Virus record (IMG/VR): IMGVR_UViG_3300037755_000487
Location: 1-35,852 of that record
DNA: 35,852 nucleotides
DNA from: a virus
Lineage: Duplodnaviria; Caudoviricetes
Strand: one strand, 5' to 3'
Of the stretch, positions 9,342-18,112 are shown in pieces (the stretch's first letter is position 1; every line of letters begins with the position of its first letter). The notes under the pieces are model-generated. The model was not told where the DNA came from. It saw only the letters and a list, made by a program, of their open reading frames with translations, and did not search any database. A program made the translations under genes and the position numbers.

Positions 9342-10223
9342 TCAGAGCGCCCCCGCCGGCAGCGCGAGGGCTTTCGTGTACCACGCCTGACCGCGCGACT
9401 CGCCGACGTGAACGACGCGCCAGACGCCGAATCCCAGAAACTCAGATGTGTTCGCGGGCCCGAGGCCGCCCACGGCAAGGGTCGGGGTGCTAGTTGTGAC
9501 CTGCGCGCCGGCCGAGAAGACATCGATACGCCGGCCCGGAACCAGCCGATGATCGAGCAGTGTCAGCACCTCGACTCCGATGGTGCTGGCGAGCGGAGAG
9601 TCGATCATCCCGGTTTCGCGGGAGATCTCTATCGCCGGCTGGCCGTCGGTGCGGCCTCGGTCGATGAATTGGAGCACTCCGCCTTGGATCCACCACCGGA
9701 AGCCGAATGAGAGCGCGAGCTTGTTCAGCTCATCGCGCGTCATGCCTGAGGCGACGAAGGATCCCGAGATCGTTTGATCGGTGACGAAGCCAAGCGACCC
9801 GATTGCCACCTTCGAAAATGTCCCGGCGAGCTGCGTCAATACGCTGTGAAGTGTCACACCGGCCGCGAAAGAGAGGTTGCATGTCGCCTGCTCGTAGTCG
9901 CCCGCACCATCCGCCGCATAGATATCGGTGAGTCGATCGGCACCCTCTCGAACTGGGTAGACGTTCCTGATCTCGCCGTTGAAGATCGTTCCGAACCTCT
10001 GTGGGTAGCCTGCATCGAGACGGACGCGCTTGTACTTCTTCTCCATCAACTTCGCGATCGTGGAGGTCGAGAGGTTGTGGACTCCAATCTTCGCGAGTCC
10101 GATGCCCTGCCCCGAGTAGCTGATATCGAATCTGACCGAGAGCTTCCCGAGATCGACTCCGGCGCCCTCTTCATCCTCGATCAGAAGTCGTAGCTGCCTC
10201 GGGAATAATCCTCCGGTCGTCAT
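9342..10223 (-). CDS. Baseplate hub protein
   Basis: 293 aa; HNLSTST, LDAGYPQRFGTIFNGEI, WWIQGGVLQFI, ETGMIDSP and GESRGQAWYT motifs; upstream of spike. Confidence 0.8.
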   Translation of the reverse strand: MTTGGLFPRQLRLLIEDEEGAGVDLGKLSVRFDISYSGQGIGLAKIGVHNLSTSTIAKLMEKKYKRVRLDAGYPQRFGTIFNGEIRNVYPVREGADRLTDIYAADGAGDYEQATCNLSFAAGVTLHSVLTQLAGTFSKVAIGSLGFVTDQTISGSFVASGMTRDELNKLALSFGFRWWIQGGVLQFIDRGRTDGQPAIEISRETGMIDSPLASTIGVEVLTLLDHRLVPGRRIDVFSAGAQVTTSTPTLAVGGLGPANTSEFLGFGVWRVVHVGESRGQAWYTKALALPAGAL

Positions 10224-10549
10224 GCCGTAGCCGCCATCTCTTCGGTCGTGTAGTAGACGAGCTTCACGCGGACGCCGAGTTCGCCGCGTCCCGCGTCTAC
10301 AAGCGTGGACTCGGTCGGCTCCGCGAACAATCCCCCGAGTTTCAGCGCATATGGCTCGATCAGGTCTGCGCCGATCACGACAGCGACTCCCTCGACTAGG
10401 GCCACCGTCGCATCGCCTCCAATGTCGTAGATGCTAATCGACCAGACGTTGATCAGGTTCGAGTAGCGCGCTCGGATTCGGAGCTTCCGGCCGTCGAGTG
10501 TGACGTCCATCGATTCCTTTGGAGCGCCGGTGAACGGCAGATTGATCAT
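10220..10549 (-). CDS. Small baseplate-associated protein
   Basis: 109 aa at the conserved position before the hub; ATGA overlap with the hub gene. Confidence 0.65.
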   Translation of the reverse strand: MINLPFTGAPKESMDVTLDGRKLRIRARYSNLINVWSISIYDIGGDATVALVEGVAVVIGADLIEPYALKLGGLFAEPTESTLVDAGRGELGVRVKLVYYTTEEMAATA

Positions 10550-10560
10550 TTCATCGGCTC

Positions 10561-11142
10561 CTAGGGTCCGGTCGGCGTCACGCCGAGGTTGCTCTCTGCG
10601 ACGGCCTGGGTCTGCGCCTGGTCACCCGATACATCGTCCTCGCCCTTCTTTGAAGAGACGTGGTCGGGAACGACGATTTGGAGCTCGACCAGCTCGGCGT
10701 TGAAGATGATTGCGTGCTTCACATCTCTATCTCGCGGGACCGAAAAGCGAGTGAAGAGCATGTTCGCGTACTCGCCGAACGGCGTGACGAGGACAAAAGG
10801 CACCATCTCGCGGAAATGCTTCAAGAGGAGCTGGTAGGCCGAGAGCGACCGTGTCTCGGCCGTGGCGTTCGCATACCGATCGACCGCCAGACGCCACGAG
10901 ATCGGGAAGTCGGACACCGCGCCCTGTAGCGTGTACCGGATCGGCTCGAGGAAGGCGTTGTCGGACACCGTCCCGCTCACGATGCCATTGCCAGAGGCGA
11001 CCTCGACCGGGTGACGAGTGACCGTCACCGTGTGGTCGATCTGCTCGCGCAGCACCGCGTCGAGCGGAATCTCGTTCAGCTCACGAGGGCCGAACGGCGT
11101 CAGGAATCCGATCGGATTCAGCGGATTGACGTTGGCCGGCAT
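10561..11142 (-). CDS. Tail tube initiator / Dit-like baseplate protein
   Basis: LDAVLREQIDHTVTVTRHPVE...VSDNAFLEP motif; directly after the tape measure gene. Confidence 0.75.
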   Translation of the reverse strand: MPANVNPLNPIGFLTPFGPRELNEIPLDAVLREQIDHTVTVTRHPVEVASGNGIVSGTVSDNAFLEPIRYTLQGAVSDFPISWRLAVDRYANATAETRSLSAYQLLLKHFREMVPFVLVTPFGEYANMLFTRFSVPRDRDVKHAIIFNAELVELQIVVPDHVSSKKGEDDVSGDQAQTQAVAESNLGVTPTGP

Positions 11143-12435
11143 CTACTTACGAACCTTCGAGCGCATCGCCTCGGCGGCCTGGAGGATCGAGTCCCGATCG
11201 AAGTCACCGAGCGCGCGGACGACGTCGCCGGCCGGAGCCTGACCGTTGAAGTGATTCTCATTGTTTAGCGTGACGTTGATCGGTGCGTCTCCGCTGCCAC
11301 TACCGGGGGGTGATCCCAATTGGTATGGGTCGGCAATCCGCCCAGCGATGCCACCGAATGAGTCGAGGAAGCCGGATGAAATCGCAGCGAGGAAATCGGC
11401 GGGCTGCTCGATGAACTTGTTGTAGAGCCCGGCCGGGGCCGTCGCAAAGAACGTGTCGTCGTCACCCTGGAGGGTCTTCTGGAAGTCCGCGATCGCGAGG
11501 GGCAAGCCAACCCCGACTGCGATCGCCGGATGCGTCCGCGCAGCTATTCCGGCAATAGATGCTAGTCCTAGATCACGCACACCGTTATCACTCACACCGA
11601 TTCCGAACGCCGAGAAGAATTCCTTGTTTAGCGCGATGACCGTTTCGATCTCTGTACCGATCCCGCGTACCTGCGCCTTGAGATCGTCGAATGCCGGCGA
11701 CTTAGCGAACGTGAGCATCGCGGCGGCGGTATCGTTCAACCAGTTGAGCAGCCCCTGGCCTTCGGTGATCAACAGCGAGTTGAGCGTTTGCCCAAGTGCG
11801 TCGAGCGATTCCCGGAACTGTTCGGCGGCGGCAGCCTGTCCCGGGTCGATGACCAGCCCGAGGCGCTGCGCCTCTTGCTCGAGCGCGATGATCCCGGCCG
11901 ATCCCGACTTGAGCAACGTCTCGAACTCGGCGCCGAATCCCAGACGCTCGGCGAAGGAAAGCGCTTGCTGCTGATTCGGTGCGAGGACTATCGCATCGGC
12001 CACGTCGAGCAGAAGCTGGCGGGTGTCCTTCAGCTTCCCGTTGGCGTCGGTGATCGAGACGCCGATCGCAGCGAAGGCCTCCGAGGCGCCTTCGCTGCCA
12101 GTGAACAGCGCGCCGCGCGCGGTCTGCCGCAGGTTGGCTAGTTGGGCGTCGAGCGCACCAACGGAGATTCCGTTCTGCTTGGCTGCGAATTCAAGTCGTT
12201 GCAGGGACTCGAATCCGATGTCGATGTTTCGCGCAAACTTGGAAGACGCTGCGGTATCGGAGACGGCTCCGAGGAAGGCGCTGATCGCCTTGGCGGCCGA
12301 GAATGCGCCGGCCACGACTGCGCCGAGCTTTCCGACGCTCGCGGTGATGTCTGCGTTGAAGTTGGCTAGGCCGTCGTCCTTGATCTCGAGGCCGAGGACC
12401 GATACCAGCTCGTCGATCACGCCGGTTCCGGCCAT
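11143..12435 (-). CDS. Tape measure protein (short, 430 aa)
   Basis: Ala/Gly-rich helical sequence starting VIDELVSVLGLEI; follows the tail chaperones. Confidence 0.8.
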   Translation of the reverse strand: MAGTGVIDELVSVLGLEIKDDGLANFNADITASVGKLGAVVAGAFSAAKAISAFLGAVSDTAASSKFARNIDIGFESLQRLEFAAKQNGISVGALDAQLANLRQTARGALFTGSEGASEAFAAIGVSITDANGKLKDTRQLLLDVADAIVLAPNQQQALSFAERLGFGAEFETLLKSGSAGIIALEQEAQRLGLVIDPGQAAAAEQFRESLDALGQTLNSLLITEGQGLLNWLNDTAAAMLTFAKSPAFDDLKAQVRGIGTEIETVIALNKEFFSAFGIGVSDNGVRDLGLASIAGIAARTHPAIAVGVGLPLAIADFQKTLQGDDDTFFATAPAGLYNKFIEQPADFLAAISSGFLDSFGGIAGRIADPYQLGSPPGSGSGDAPINVTLNNENHFNGQAPAGDVVRALGDFDRDSILQAAEAMRSKVRK

Positions 12436-12436
12436 C

Positions 12437-12679
12437 CTATCGCCCTTCCTGCCGTCGCTTCTCCTGGGCTTCGGCCCTCTCCCGAAGTGCTTCGTGCATG
12501 TCCAGGAGATCGATCAGTGAATACGTCCCGTCTTGCAGCTCTCTCAGTTGACAGAGTGGTGGGGACGAGAGGCAGGGTCCCCAGATTCGCCAGTCGACGT
12601 CGCTGGGGGATTCTGGCTTACTTCGAACATCTGCTTTGCTCGATCGACTACCCCGGCGGGTAGCAATTCGGACAAAAAA
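12437..12679 (-). CDS. -1 frame extension of the tail assembly chaperone (GT/E'-like)
   Basis: Open -1 frame ending ...WRIWGPCL...LRELQDGTYSLIDLLDMHEALRERAEAQEKRRQEGR, stopping 1 nt before the TMP start. Confidence 0.6.
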   Translation of the reverse strand, partial: FFVRIATRRGSRSSKADVRSKPESPSDVDWRIWGPCLSSPPLCQLRELQDGTYSLIDLLDMHEALRERAEAQEKRRQEGR

Positions 12680-13041
12680 TCGGAGTAGTTCGCCTCCAGC
12701 ACGAACAGAGCAATCCGGTAGCGGAGTATGACGCCCTTCGATCCGAGAAAGGCCGTCTCGAAGTCGACCCGTTGACCATTCAAAAAGGTCTGCTCGCACA
12801 GGTATTTGACCATCGAGGCCATCTTCTCGGGCGGCATCGACCCGACGATGGACGCGATCGAGTCCGACAAGACCCGCGCTTGGACGTCGGGGCCGGCGTT
12901 GCGTGCGGCGATGATCGGAACGAGGCCCTGAAGAAGCATCGGTGCGAGCTGCACCTCGAGCGCAAGCGCCTCGCTGGGCGCCATCTGCATCACGGACCAT
13001 TTGTCCGATCCGAGCGTGAGATATTTCGTCTCGCAGGGCAC
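12544..13041 (-). CDS. Tail assembly chaperone
   Basis: 165 aa between tail tube and tape measure genes; contains a slippery heptamer. Confidence 0.75.
   Translation of the reverse strand: MPCETKYLTLGSDKWSVMQMAPSEALALEVQLAPMLLQGLVPIIAARNAGPDVQARVLSDSIASIVGSMPPEKMASMVKYLCEQTFLNGQRVDFETAFLGSKGVILRYRIALFVLEANYSDFLSELLPAGVVDRAKQMFEVSQNPPATSTGESGDPASRPHHSVN
12673..12679 (-). other. Putative -1 ribosomal frameshift heptamer T TTT TTG
   Basis: In-frame GAT TTT TTG in the chaperone ORF; a -1 slip enters the frame ending at 12437. Confidence 0.6.
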
Positions 13042-13473
13042 TTAGATGCTCCCATTCGCGAAGATGTCGACGGCGGGAAGCGCCAGTCTCCACTCGCGTT
13101 TGTTGTGATCGTCACCGTAGGCGAGCGAAGGCGGGCCGGCGGGGAATGCGCCCTCCGCGAGGACCAGGTCCTGGGAGTTGGAATCTTTCACGGCAAAAGA
13201 TGCGGGAGAAAGCAGGCCGGCGTCCTGGACCTTCAGCGCGGCGGTCAGCACCGCGTTGCTCGAAGATGTCTGAAGGAAGCGCAGTGTCGCCACACCCGAG
13301 CGGTTCGCCGACTTCAGGGCGACCGCGTCACCGTCTGCGCCGATCAGGAGCCGATAGGCGTCGACGTTCCGCTCGATGACGATGGCGTCGGGGCCGTCGG
13401 CGAATCCCGTGAGAGGAATCCCATTGAACAAGACGACAACGTCCTTGAAGGAAAAGCTGACAGGTCCCGCCAT
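13042..13473 (-). CDS. Tail tube protein (DUF3277-like)
   Basis: 143 aa after the sheath; FSFKDVVV...LTGFADG...IGADGD...LQTSSSN motifs. Confidence 0.8.
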   Translation of the reverse strand: MAGPVSFSFKDVVVLFNGIPLTGFADGPDAIVIERNVDAYRLLIGADGDAVALKSANRSGVATLRFLQTSSSNAVLTAALKVQDAGLLSPASFAVKDSNSQDLVLAEGAFPAGPPSLAYGDDHNKREWRLALPAVDIFANGSI

Positions 13474-13486
13474 GGAATAGGCCCCC

Positions 13487-14596
13487 TTAGATCGTCACGG
13501 TCCCGTTGACGGTGGCGAAGTGGACGGCGCCCGAGAGGCGCGCGGTGAAGGAGATCGGCGGCGCGATGCGGGCCGCGCGATTCGCTTCGGAAACCGTGAG
13601 CACGTTCGGGACGCTCACCTCGTATGCGTCGAGCAGGTTGCCGTCGTCGTCGAAGTTTGCGGCCAGGAGTCCGTTGTTGACGCCCTGCTGCAACGCAAGC
13701 CGCACTTGATTCACCAGGATCTCCATGCCCGCGTTCGTGTACGGCACCTTCGGCAGCGTGGCGAGCATCCCGAACACCCTGAACGCGATCTCCGCCTGGA
13801 GCCAGTCCACTCCGTGCATAACGTCGAAGAACTCGCCAGAGGCCATCGTGCCCTCGCGGACCATGCTGGTGCCGGCGATCGAAACGTAGCCGTTGCCCTT
13901 GTTCGTGAGCAGGAAGTCGAACTCGGACTGGGTGAGATCGGTGACCGAGATGCCGGGCAGCGTTCGGAAACTTCCGGTCTTGGTCGTGTTCACGCCGTTG
14001 AAATCGACCGTCAGCATCGATCCGAAGAACGACGCCTCGGGGTAGGAGTTCACCGTATCCGTATCCGCGTCCGGATGGTAGAAACACGCCGTTCGGTTGT
14101 ATCCGAGGGTGTTGAGAGCGCCGGGTAGACCGCCACCTGCTGCGATCGCGGCAGCTTCGTTCGATGTGGTCACGAAGAGCTTCGTCCTCGCTTCGGTCCA
14201 CGCGGCCAGGGCGATCGCGGCGTCCGCATCGATCGAGATCCGCGCATCGGCCGTGAGCATCACGCCATACCAGTCGTCACTCGCGTCGACGATCGCGTCC
14301 ATCTCGTCGCCGATATCGACCGAAGGATTGGTTTGATCGCGAACACCGATGGCGACGCGAATCGGGCGCGGGGACTGGGCGAAATAGGCGTTCGCCGTTT
14401 TGTATTCTTCGGTGATCGCGGCGAAATCATCCCCCACGCCGGCGATTGAATCGTAGAACCGGATCCGCTCACCGAGCGGGATCACGCCGGTCGAGTTCGG
14501 GCCGACGATCAGGAGCGTTCCGAATCCGGGGCCCTGGGGAAATACGGTCTGCCGGGTGATCGCGACGTTGACGACATTTGTAAGCGGTAGGGACAT
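13487..14596 (-). CDS. Tail sheath protein (DUF3383-like)
   Basis: LPLTNVVNVAI, YFAQSPRP, GEFFDVMHGVDWLQ, KVPYTNAG and LSGAVHFATVNGTV motifs. Confidence 0.9.
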   Translation of the reverse strand: MSLPLTNVVNVAITRQTVFPQGPGFGTLLIVGPNSTGVIPLGERIRFYDSIAGVGDDFAAITEEYKTANAYFAQSPRPIRVAIGVRDQTNPSVDIGDEMDAIVDASDDWYGVMLTADARISIDADAAIALAAWTEARTKLFVTTSNEAAAIAAGGGLPGALNTLGYNRTACFYHPDADTDTVNSYPEASFFGSMLTVDFNGVNTTKTGSFRTLPGISVTDLTQSEFDFLLTNKGNGYVSIAGTSMVREGTMASGEFFDVMHGVDWLQAEIAFRVFGMLATLPKVPYTNAGMEILVNQVRLALQQGVNNGLLAANFDDDGNLLDAYEVSVPNVLTVSEANRAARIAPPISFTARLSGAVHFATVNGTVTI

Positions 14597-14599
14597 GGC

Positions 14600-15124
14600 T
14601 CAGGGCACCTCCAGCCTTTGAGTAGAACCGGCACCATGGATATCAACGCCGGCCACCGAGTCGATCAGAAGCTCGCAGTCGAACCGGGCCGAGAATCGGA
14701 AATCGCATTGCGCGCGCGGCTCCCATCCGGGGCCCGCCACCGCGGGCAGATCACGAATCAAGCTGGCTCTCATGAACCCGATCACGAGCCCTTCCTTCGA
14801 TCCGATCGTCGTTGACGGCCGGCGGGCGTAGGTGTGGAGCGCGGCCAGCATGACCCGCGCCCCATTGCCCATAATCTGGATCGAGACATCGAGATCGAAC
14901 GTGTCTCGCATCGTCTCGACGAGCTGGTGGTCTGGATCTCCGAGTAGGTCCTCGATCTTCACGTCTCCCATGCCGATCGGGATGACCGAGAGCATGTGCA
15001 GCGTGCCGTAGGGCCGCGGAGGTCGGTCGCCTTCCTGGTTCGCGAAAATCCAGGGGATATCGACGCCCGCGCGCGCGAATGCGTGCAGCGTGTCCTCGAC
15101 CCGGGATTCGGCGAAACACGTCAT
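14600..15124 (-). CDS. Putative tail terminator / neck protein
   Basis: 174 aa immediately upstream of the sheath; ANQEGDRPPRPYGTL motif. Confidence 0.65.
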   Translation of the reverse strand: MTCFAESRVEDTLHAFARAGVDIPWIFANQEGDRPPRPYGTLHMLSVIPIGMGDVKIEDLLGDPDHQLVETMRDTFDLDVSIQIMGNGARVMLAALHTYARRPSTTIGSKEGLVIGFMRASLIRDLPAVAGPGWEPRAQCDFRFSARFDCELLIDSVAGVDIHGAGSTQRLEVP

Positions 15125-15513
15125 CGGTTCCGTTCCCGGCCCTTGATCTCACGGATACCGACATATCGCCGGTATCCGCTCGCCGCCCAGGGCTTCTCCC
15201 CGACGACGCGCCACCACCAGCCATCGACCCAGACGCGATCGCCCGCGGTTCCACCGTTGGCCTGGCTCTGCTCGACCGCGAGCGTCTGGTTCGCGCGAGT
15301 CAAGAAGACGCTCGAGTCCTCCGTCTGCATGCCTTCCGGGAGAAGTTTCCGATCAGATGGCGAGATCGGGCGCACCGCCATGCGGACGATGCGGTCATTA
15401 TCGGCCGTCTCGACCCAGCGACCATCAACCCAGGCACCGAGACTCTGGCGGACGCGTAGCTTTCGTGTGCCCTGCGAAAAGAGCGTGCGGGATAGATTCG
15501 GCGCCGGGCTCAT
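15121..15513 (-). CDS. Putative head closure / head-tail joining protein
   Basis: 130 aa; GAWVDGRWVE...LLPEG...GDRVWVDGWWWRV; neck-region position. Confidence 0.65.
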   Translation of the reverse strand: MSPAPNLSRTLFSQGTRKLRVRQSLGAWVDGRWVETADNDRIVRMAVRPISPSDRKLLPEGMQTEDSSVFLTRANQTLAVEQSQANGGTAGDRVWVDGWWWRVVGEKPWAASGYRRYVGIREIKGRERNR

Positions 15514-16019
15514 TATGAGGACTTCCCGATGACCTGATAGGTGATCGACTGGACGAGGTGTCCGGTATCGACGAGCGGGTTCGCGCGGCCCTTGGCTGCG
15601 ATCGTGGCGGGCCTGTTAGGCGGCGAGCTGAGATCCGTCACCATTCGCGACACGTCGGCCGCAGCCTTCGTCCCGAGCAGCGCCATGGCCTTCTCCGGGC
15701 TCTGCTTGCCACTCGAAACCGCCTCGGCGAGCTTGCGAATCATTTTCTGGTGTTCGCGCTTGTGCGTTTCCATCGCGGATCGAAGAAATGACCGCTCGGG
15801 AATCGTCCCGTCCGAGCTCCCGAACTCGTGAATGGTACCGACCATGATCACGCTGGTTCCGTCGGGGTAGTCGGCTGACCCGGTCGGAAGCCCGACCTTG
15901 ACCTTGTATCCGCGTCGGCGCTTGGCCTTTTCGAGACGCCGGCCGAACTCCTCTAATCCGCCGTTCTTCTGGCTGTGGCGCTGCGAGTGTTGGGCTTTAG
16001 CAGGCAACGATCGGCCCAC
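15513..16019 (-). CDS. Neck / tail completion protein
   Basis: VGTIHEFG...IPERSFLR...PPNRPATIAAKG..NPLVDTGHLVQSITYQV; start uncertain (alternative TTG at 16007). Confidence 0.75.
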   Translation of the reverse strand: MGRSLPAKAQHSQRHSQKNGGLEEFGRRLEKAKRRRGYKVKVGLPTGSADYPDGTSVIMVGTIHEFGSSDGTIPERSFLRSAMETHKREHQKMIRKLAEAVSSGKQSPEKAMALLGTKAAADVSRMVTDLSSPPNRPATIAAKGRANPLVDTGHLVQSITYQVIGKSS

Positions 16020-16374
16020 TCAGGAATCGCTTCCGCAGTCGGATGAACTCCTGCCCATAGGACGTGGCCCAATACTGAGCGTCCATCGGAGAGAGGCCTT
16101 CTGGAATGTGATAGACGGACTGGACTCCGTCGACGTTGGCCTGCTCGAGCGCGCCGGGCTGCTCACCGACCGGGCTACCGTCTTCGTCACTCGATACGGC
16201 GAGACGGTGAGCGGCGAGTGCAGCGATCGCGCGAGCATGAAAGGTGCCGAAGACAGATGAGCTTGTGTCGTTCTCGGCGTCTTCGAGCGCCAAGTCGACG
16301 CGCGCCTGATTCCAGAGTTCAAACTCTGCATAGCGGACGATGAAGTCGACGAAGGGCACGACGGTAGACGGCAC
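15997..16374 (-). CDS. Head-tail adaptor (DUF4054-like)
   Basis: FIVRYAEF...LAAHRL...WATSYGQEFIRL motifs. Confidence 0.8.
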   Translation of the reverse strand: MPSTVVPFVDFIVRYAEFELWNQARVDLALEDAENDTSSSVFGTFHARAIAALAAHRLAVSSDEDGSPVGEQPGALEQANVDGVQSVYHIPEGLSPMDAQYWATSYGQEFIRLRKRFLSGPIVAC

Positions 16375-16395
16375 TGCTCACCTCATTCGAGGCGG

Positions 16396-16656
16396 CTACT
16401 TCGCGCCGCCTTTGCCTTTGATCTTCGGCTTCGGTTCCGGGTCGGCCGGGTCGTCGGAATCCGATACCAGCTCGACGTCGCCCGCTTTGAAAAGAGCCTT
16501 TGCCCCGTCGGAGCCGAGGAAACGGTCGGCGACTTCCGCGACCTCTCCCGGCTCGATCAGGACCGAATCGATCGCATGAACGAGCGATCCTTCTTCGTAC
16601 TCCGCGAAGGCCGTAAAGCCTCGAGAGCTCTTCGAGACGTTTCTCACCATCGCCAT
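16396..16656 (-). CDS. Small hypothetical protein downstream of the capsid gene
   Basis: 86-aa ORF with Lys/Pro-rich tail, tightly packed. Confidence 0.65.
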   Translation of the reverse strand: MAMVRNVSKSSRGFTAFAEYEEGSLVHAIDSVLIEPGEVAEVADRFLGSDGAKALFKAGDVELVSDSDDPADPEPKPKIKGKGGAK

Positions 16657-16659
16657 AGA

Positions 16660-17559
16660 TCAGATCCCCGTGCGGTAAATGACCGCGCCCGGGTACCGCA
16701 TCTCGACGCCCGAGAGCTTGTACTCGCCGGGGATTCGGACCTTCAGGTTGACCGTCTGCGGCGCCACGAATCGGAGCGGCAACGGGATGTGCATAACCAT
16801 GACTTCCGGGCTTGACGAGTAGACGACGGCCTTGCCCGTGAGCTGCGGCAGCGGTCGGATGTCGAGCGGGATCTTCGTGCGCGCCGTAGCCGCGTTCTTC
16901 AGCCGGATGTATTCCAGCACCGTCTGATCACTCACCGTGTTGAGGCGTGTCGTGGCCAGCAAGTTGAACTGCGAGATCGGGATCAGCATCCGGTCCGGGA
17001 TCTCGATGCCGTTCGTTCCGGTTATGATCGCGTTGATAGGTTCGTTCACCAGCGTCAGCAGCGCATCGACACTCGTCGACAGCGCGACCGCCCAGGTCGT
17101 GGCCGCGGCAGCCGTCCCGACGACCGAGTGGTTGAGCAGACCTTCGAGACCCCGAGCCGCGTCACCCAGGAAACAAGTCCGCTGAACGTGCTCCTCGTAG
17201 CCGCGTCGGGCCTGCATGCCGAGACGAGCATCGAGCGGCATCTGGAGATACGCTGACTGCCGCAGCTCCTCCAGCGTGTACTCGTACCCGATACCGGCGT
17301 ACTTGATCGGGAGCAGGTCGCGCCCGGTGGTCGCTCGCGCGAAGGGCATGTCGTCACCGTCGGAGCCGATGAACTTCCCTTCGGTAATCCCGTCCATGTA
17401 GTGGACTTCGACCGACTTGTCCCACTCGCCGGCTTCGTTTGACACCGGAACCAGCTCGTCGTAGATGATCGGGGTGTATTTCCGCTCCCAGATCGTCTTT
17501 TCGATATGCGCAAGCTGCGACGTGAGGTAGGCGAAGGCGTCCGAGTCTGTGATTCGCAT
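16660..17559 (-). CDS. Major capsid protein (DUF2184-like, HK97 fold)
   Basis: LTSQLAHIE, GIGYEYTLEELR, GDAARGLEGLLNH and GVEMRYPGAVIYRTGI motifs. Confidence 0.9.
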   Translation of the reverse strand: MRITDSDAFAYLTSQLAHIEKTIWERKYTPIIYDELVPVSNEAGEWDKSVEVHYMDGITEGKFIGSDGDDMPFARATTGRDLLPIKYAGIGYEYTLEELRQSAYLQMPLDARLGMQARRGYEEHVQRTCFLGDAARGLEGLLNHSVVGTAAAATTWAVALSTSVDALLTLVNEPINAIITGTNGIEIPDRMLIPISQFNLLATTRLNTVSDQTVLEYIRLKNAATARTKIPLDIRPLPQLTGKAVVYSSSPEVMVMHIPLPLRFVAPQTVNLKVRIPGEYKLSGVEMRYPGAVIYRTGI

Positions 17560-17611
17560 CGATCCTGTTCTCCCTGGCCGGCTATCAACCGGATGGAGGT
17601 TTAAAACAGCT

Positions 17612-18100
17612 CTACGAGAGCCTAATCCGAATCGGGATCAGCGTGCCGGCCGAACCCACCGCATCGAACACCGCACCGGGCAGCACGGTCGCATCGGTGC
17701 CGTCGGCGTTGCTTCGGACTCGTCCGAGTTCCTCGCCGCCGCCCGCGACGTGCCGCACGAATACGGGGCTGTTCGCGGCGACGATGTCGTCTTCGGTTCG
17801 CATGTAGATCACGCCGAAGTCACAGATCGAGACGTTGGCCCCGATCTCGTCCTGGAGGACGTCGCTCGCGTTGGCGACCTCGTCCTGGACGCGCGCCGAG
17901 ATACCGAGCGCGGCAGTCACTTCGCCGGCGGTCGTCGGGAGCTTGCAGACGTCCGCACCGGCTCCCCGGGTGACGACACGACCGAAGGGAATCGCCACGC
18001 TCGCGGCCTTGGATCGGATGTTCTTCAACTGGCCGTCCACGACGGCGCCCTCGACGGACGCGACATGCTCGGTGGTGTAGCTGGTTTGGACAGGCGGCAT
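17612..18100 (-). CDS. Head decoration / cement protein
   Basis: 162 aa between protease-scaffold and capsid genes; IPFGRVVTRG motif. Confidence 0.75.
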   Translation of the reverse strand: MPPVQTSYTTEHVASVEGAVVDGQLKNIRSKAASVAIPFGRVVTRGAGADVCKLPTTAGEVTAALGISARVQDEVANASDVLQDEIGANVSICDFGVIYMRTEDDIVAANSPVFVRHVAGGGEELGRVRSNADGTDATVLPGAVFDAVGSAGTLIPIRIRLS

Positions 18101-18112
18101 CTCTTCGATCTC

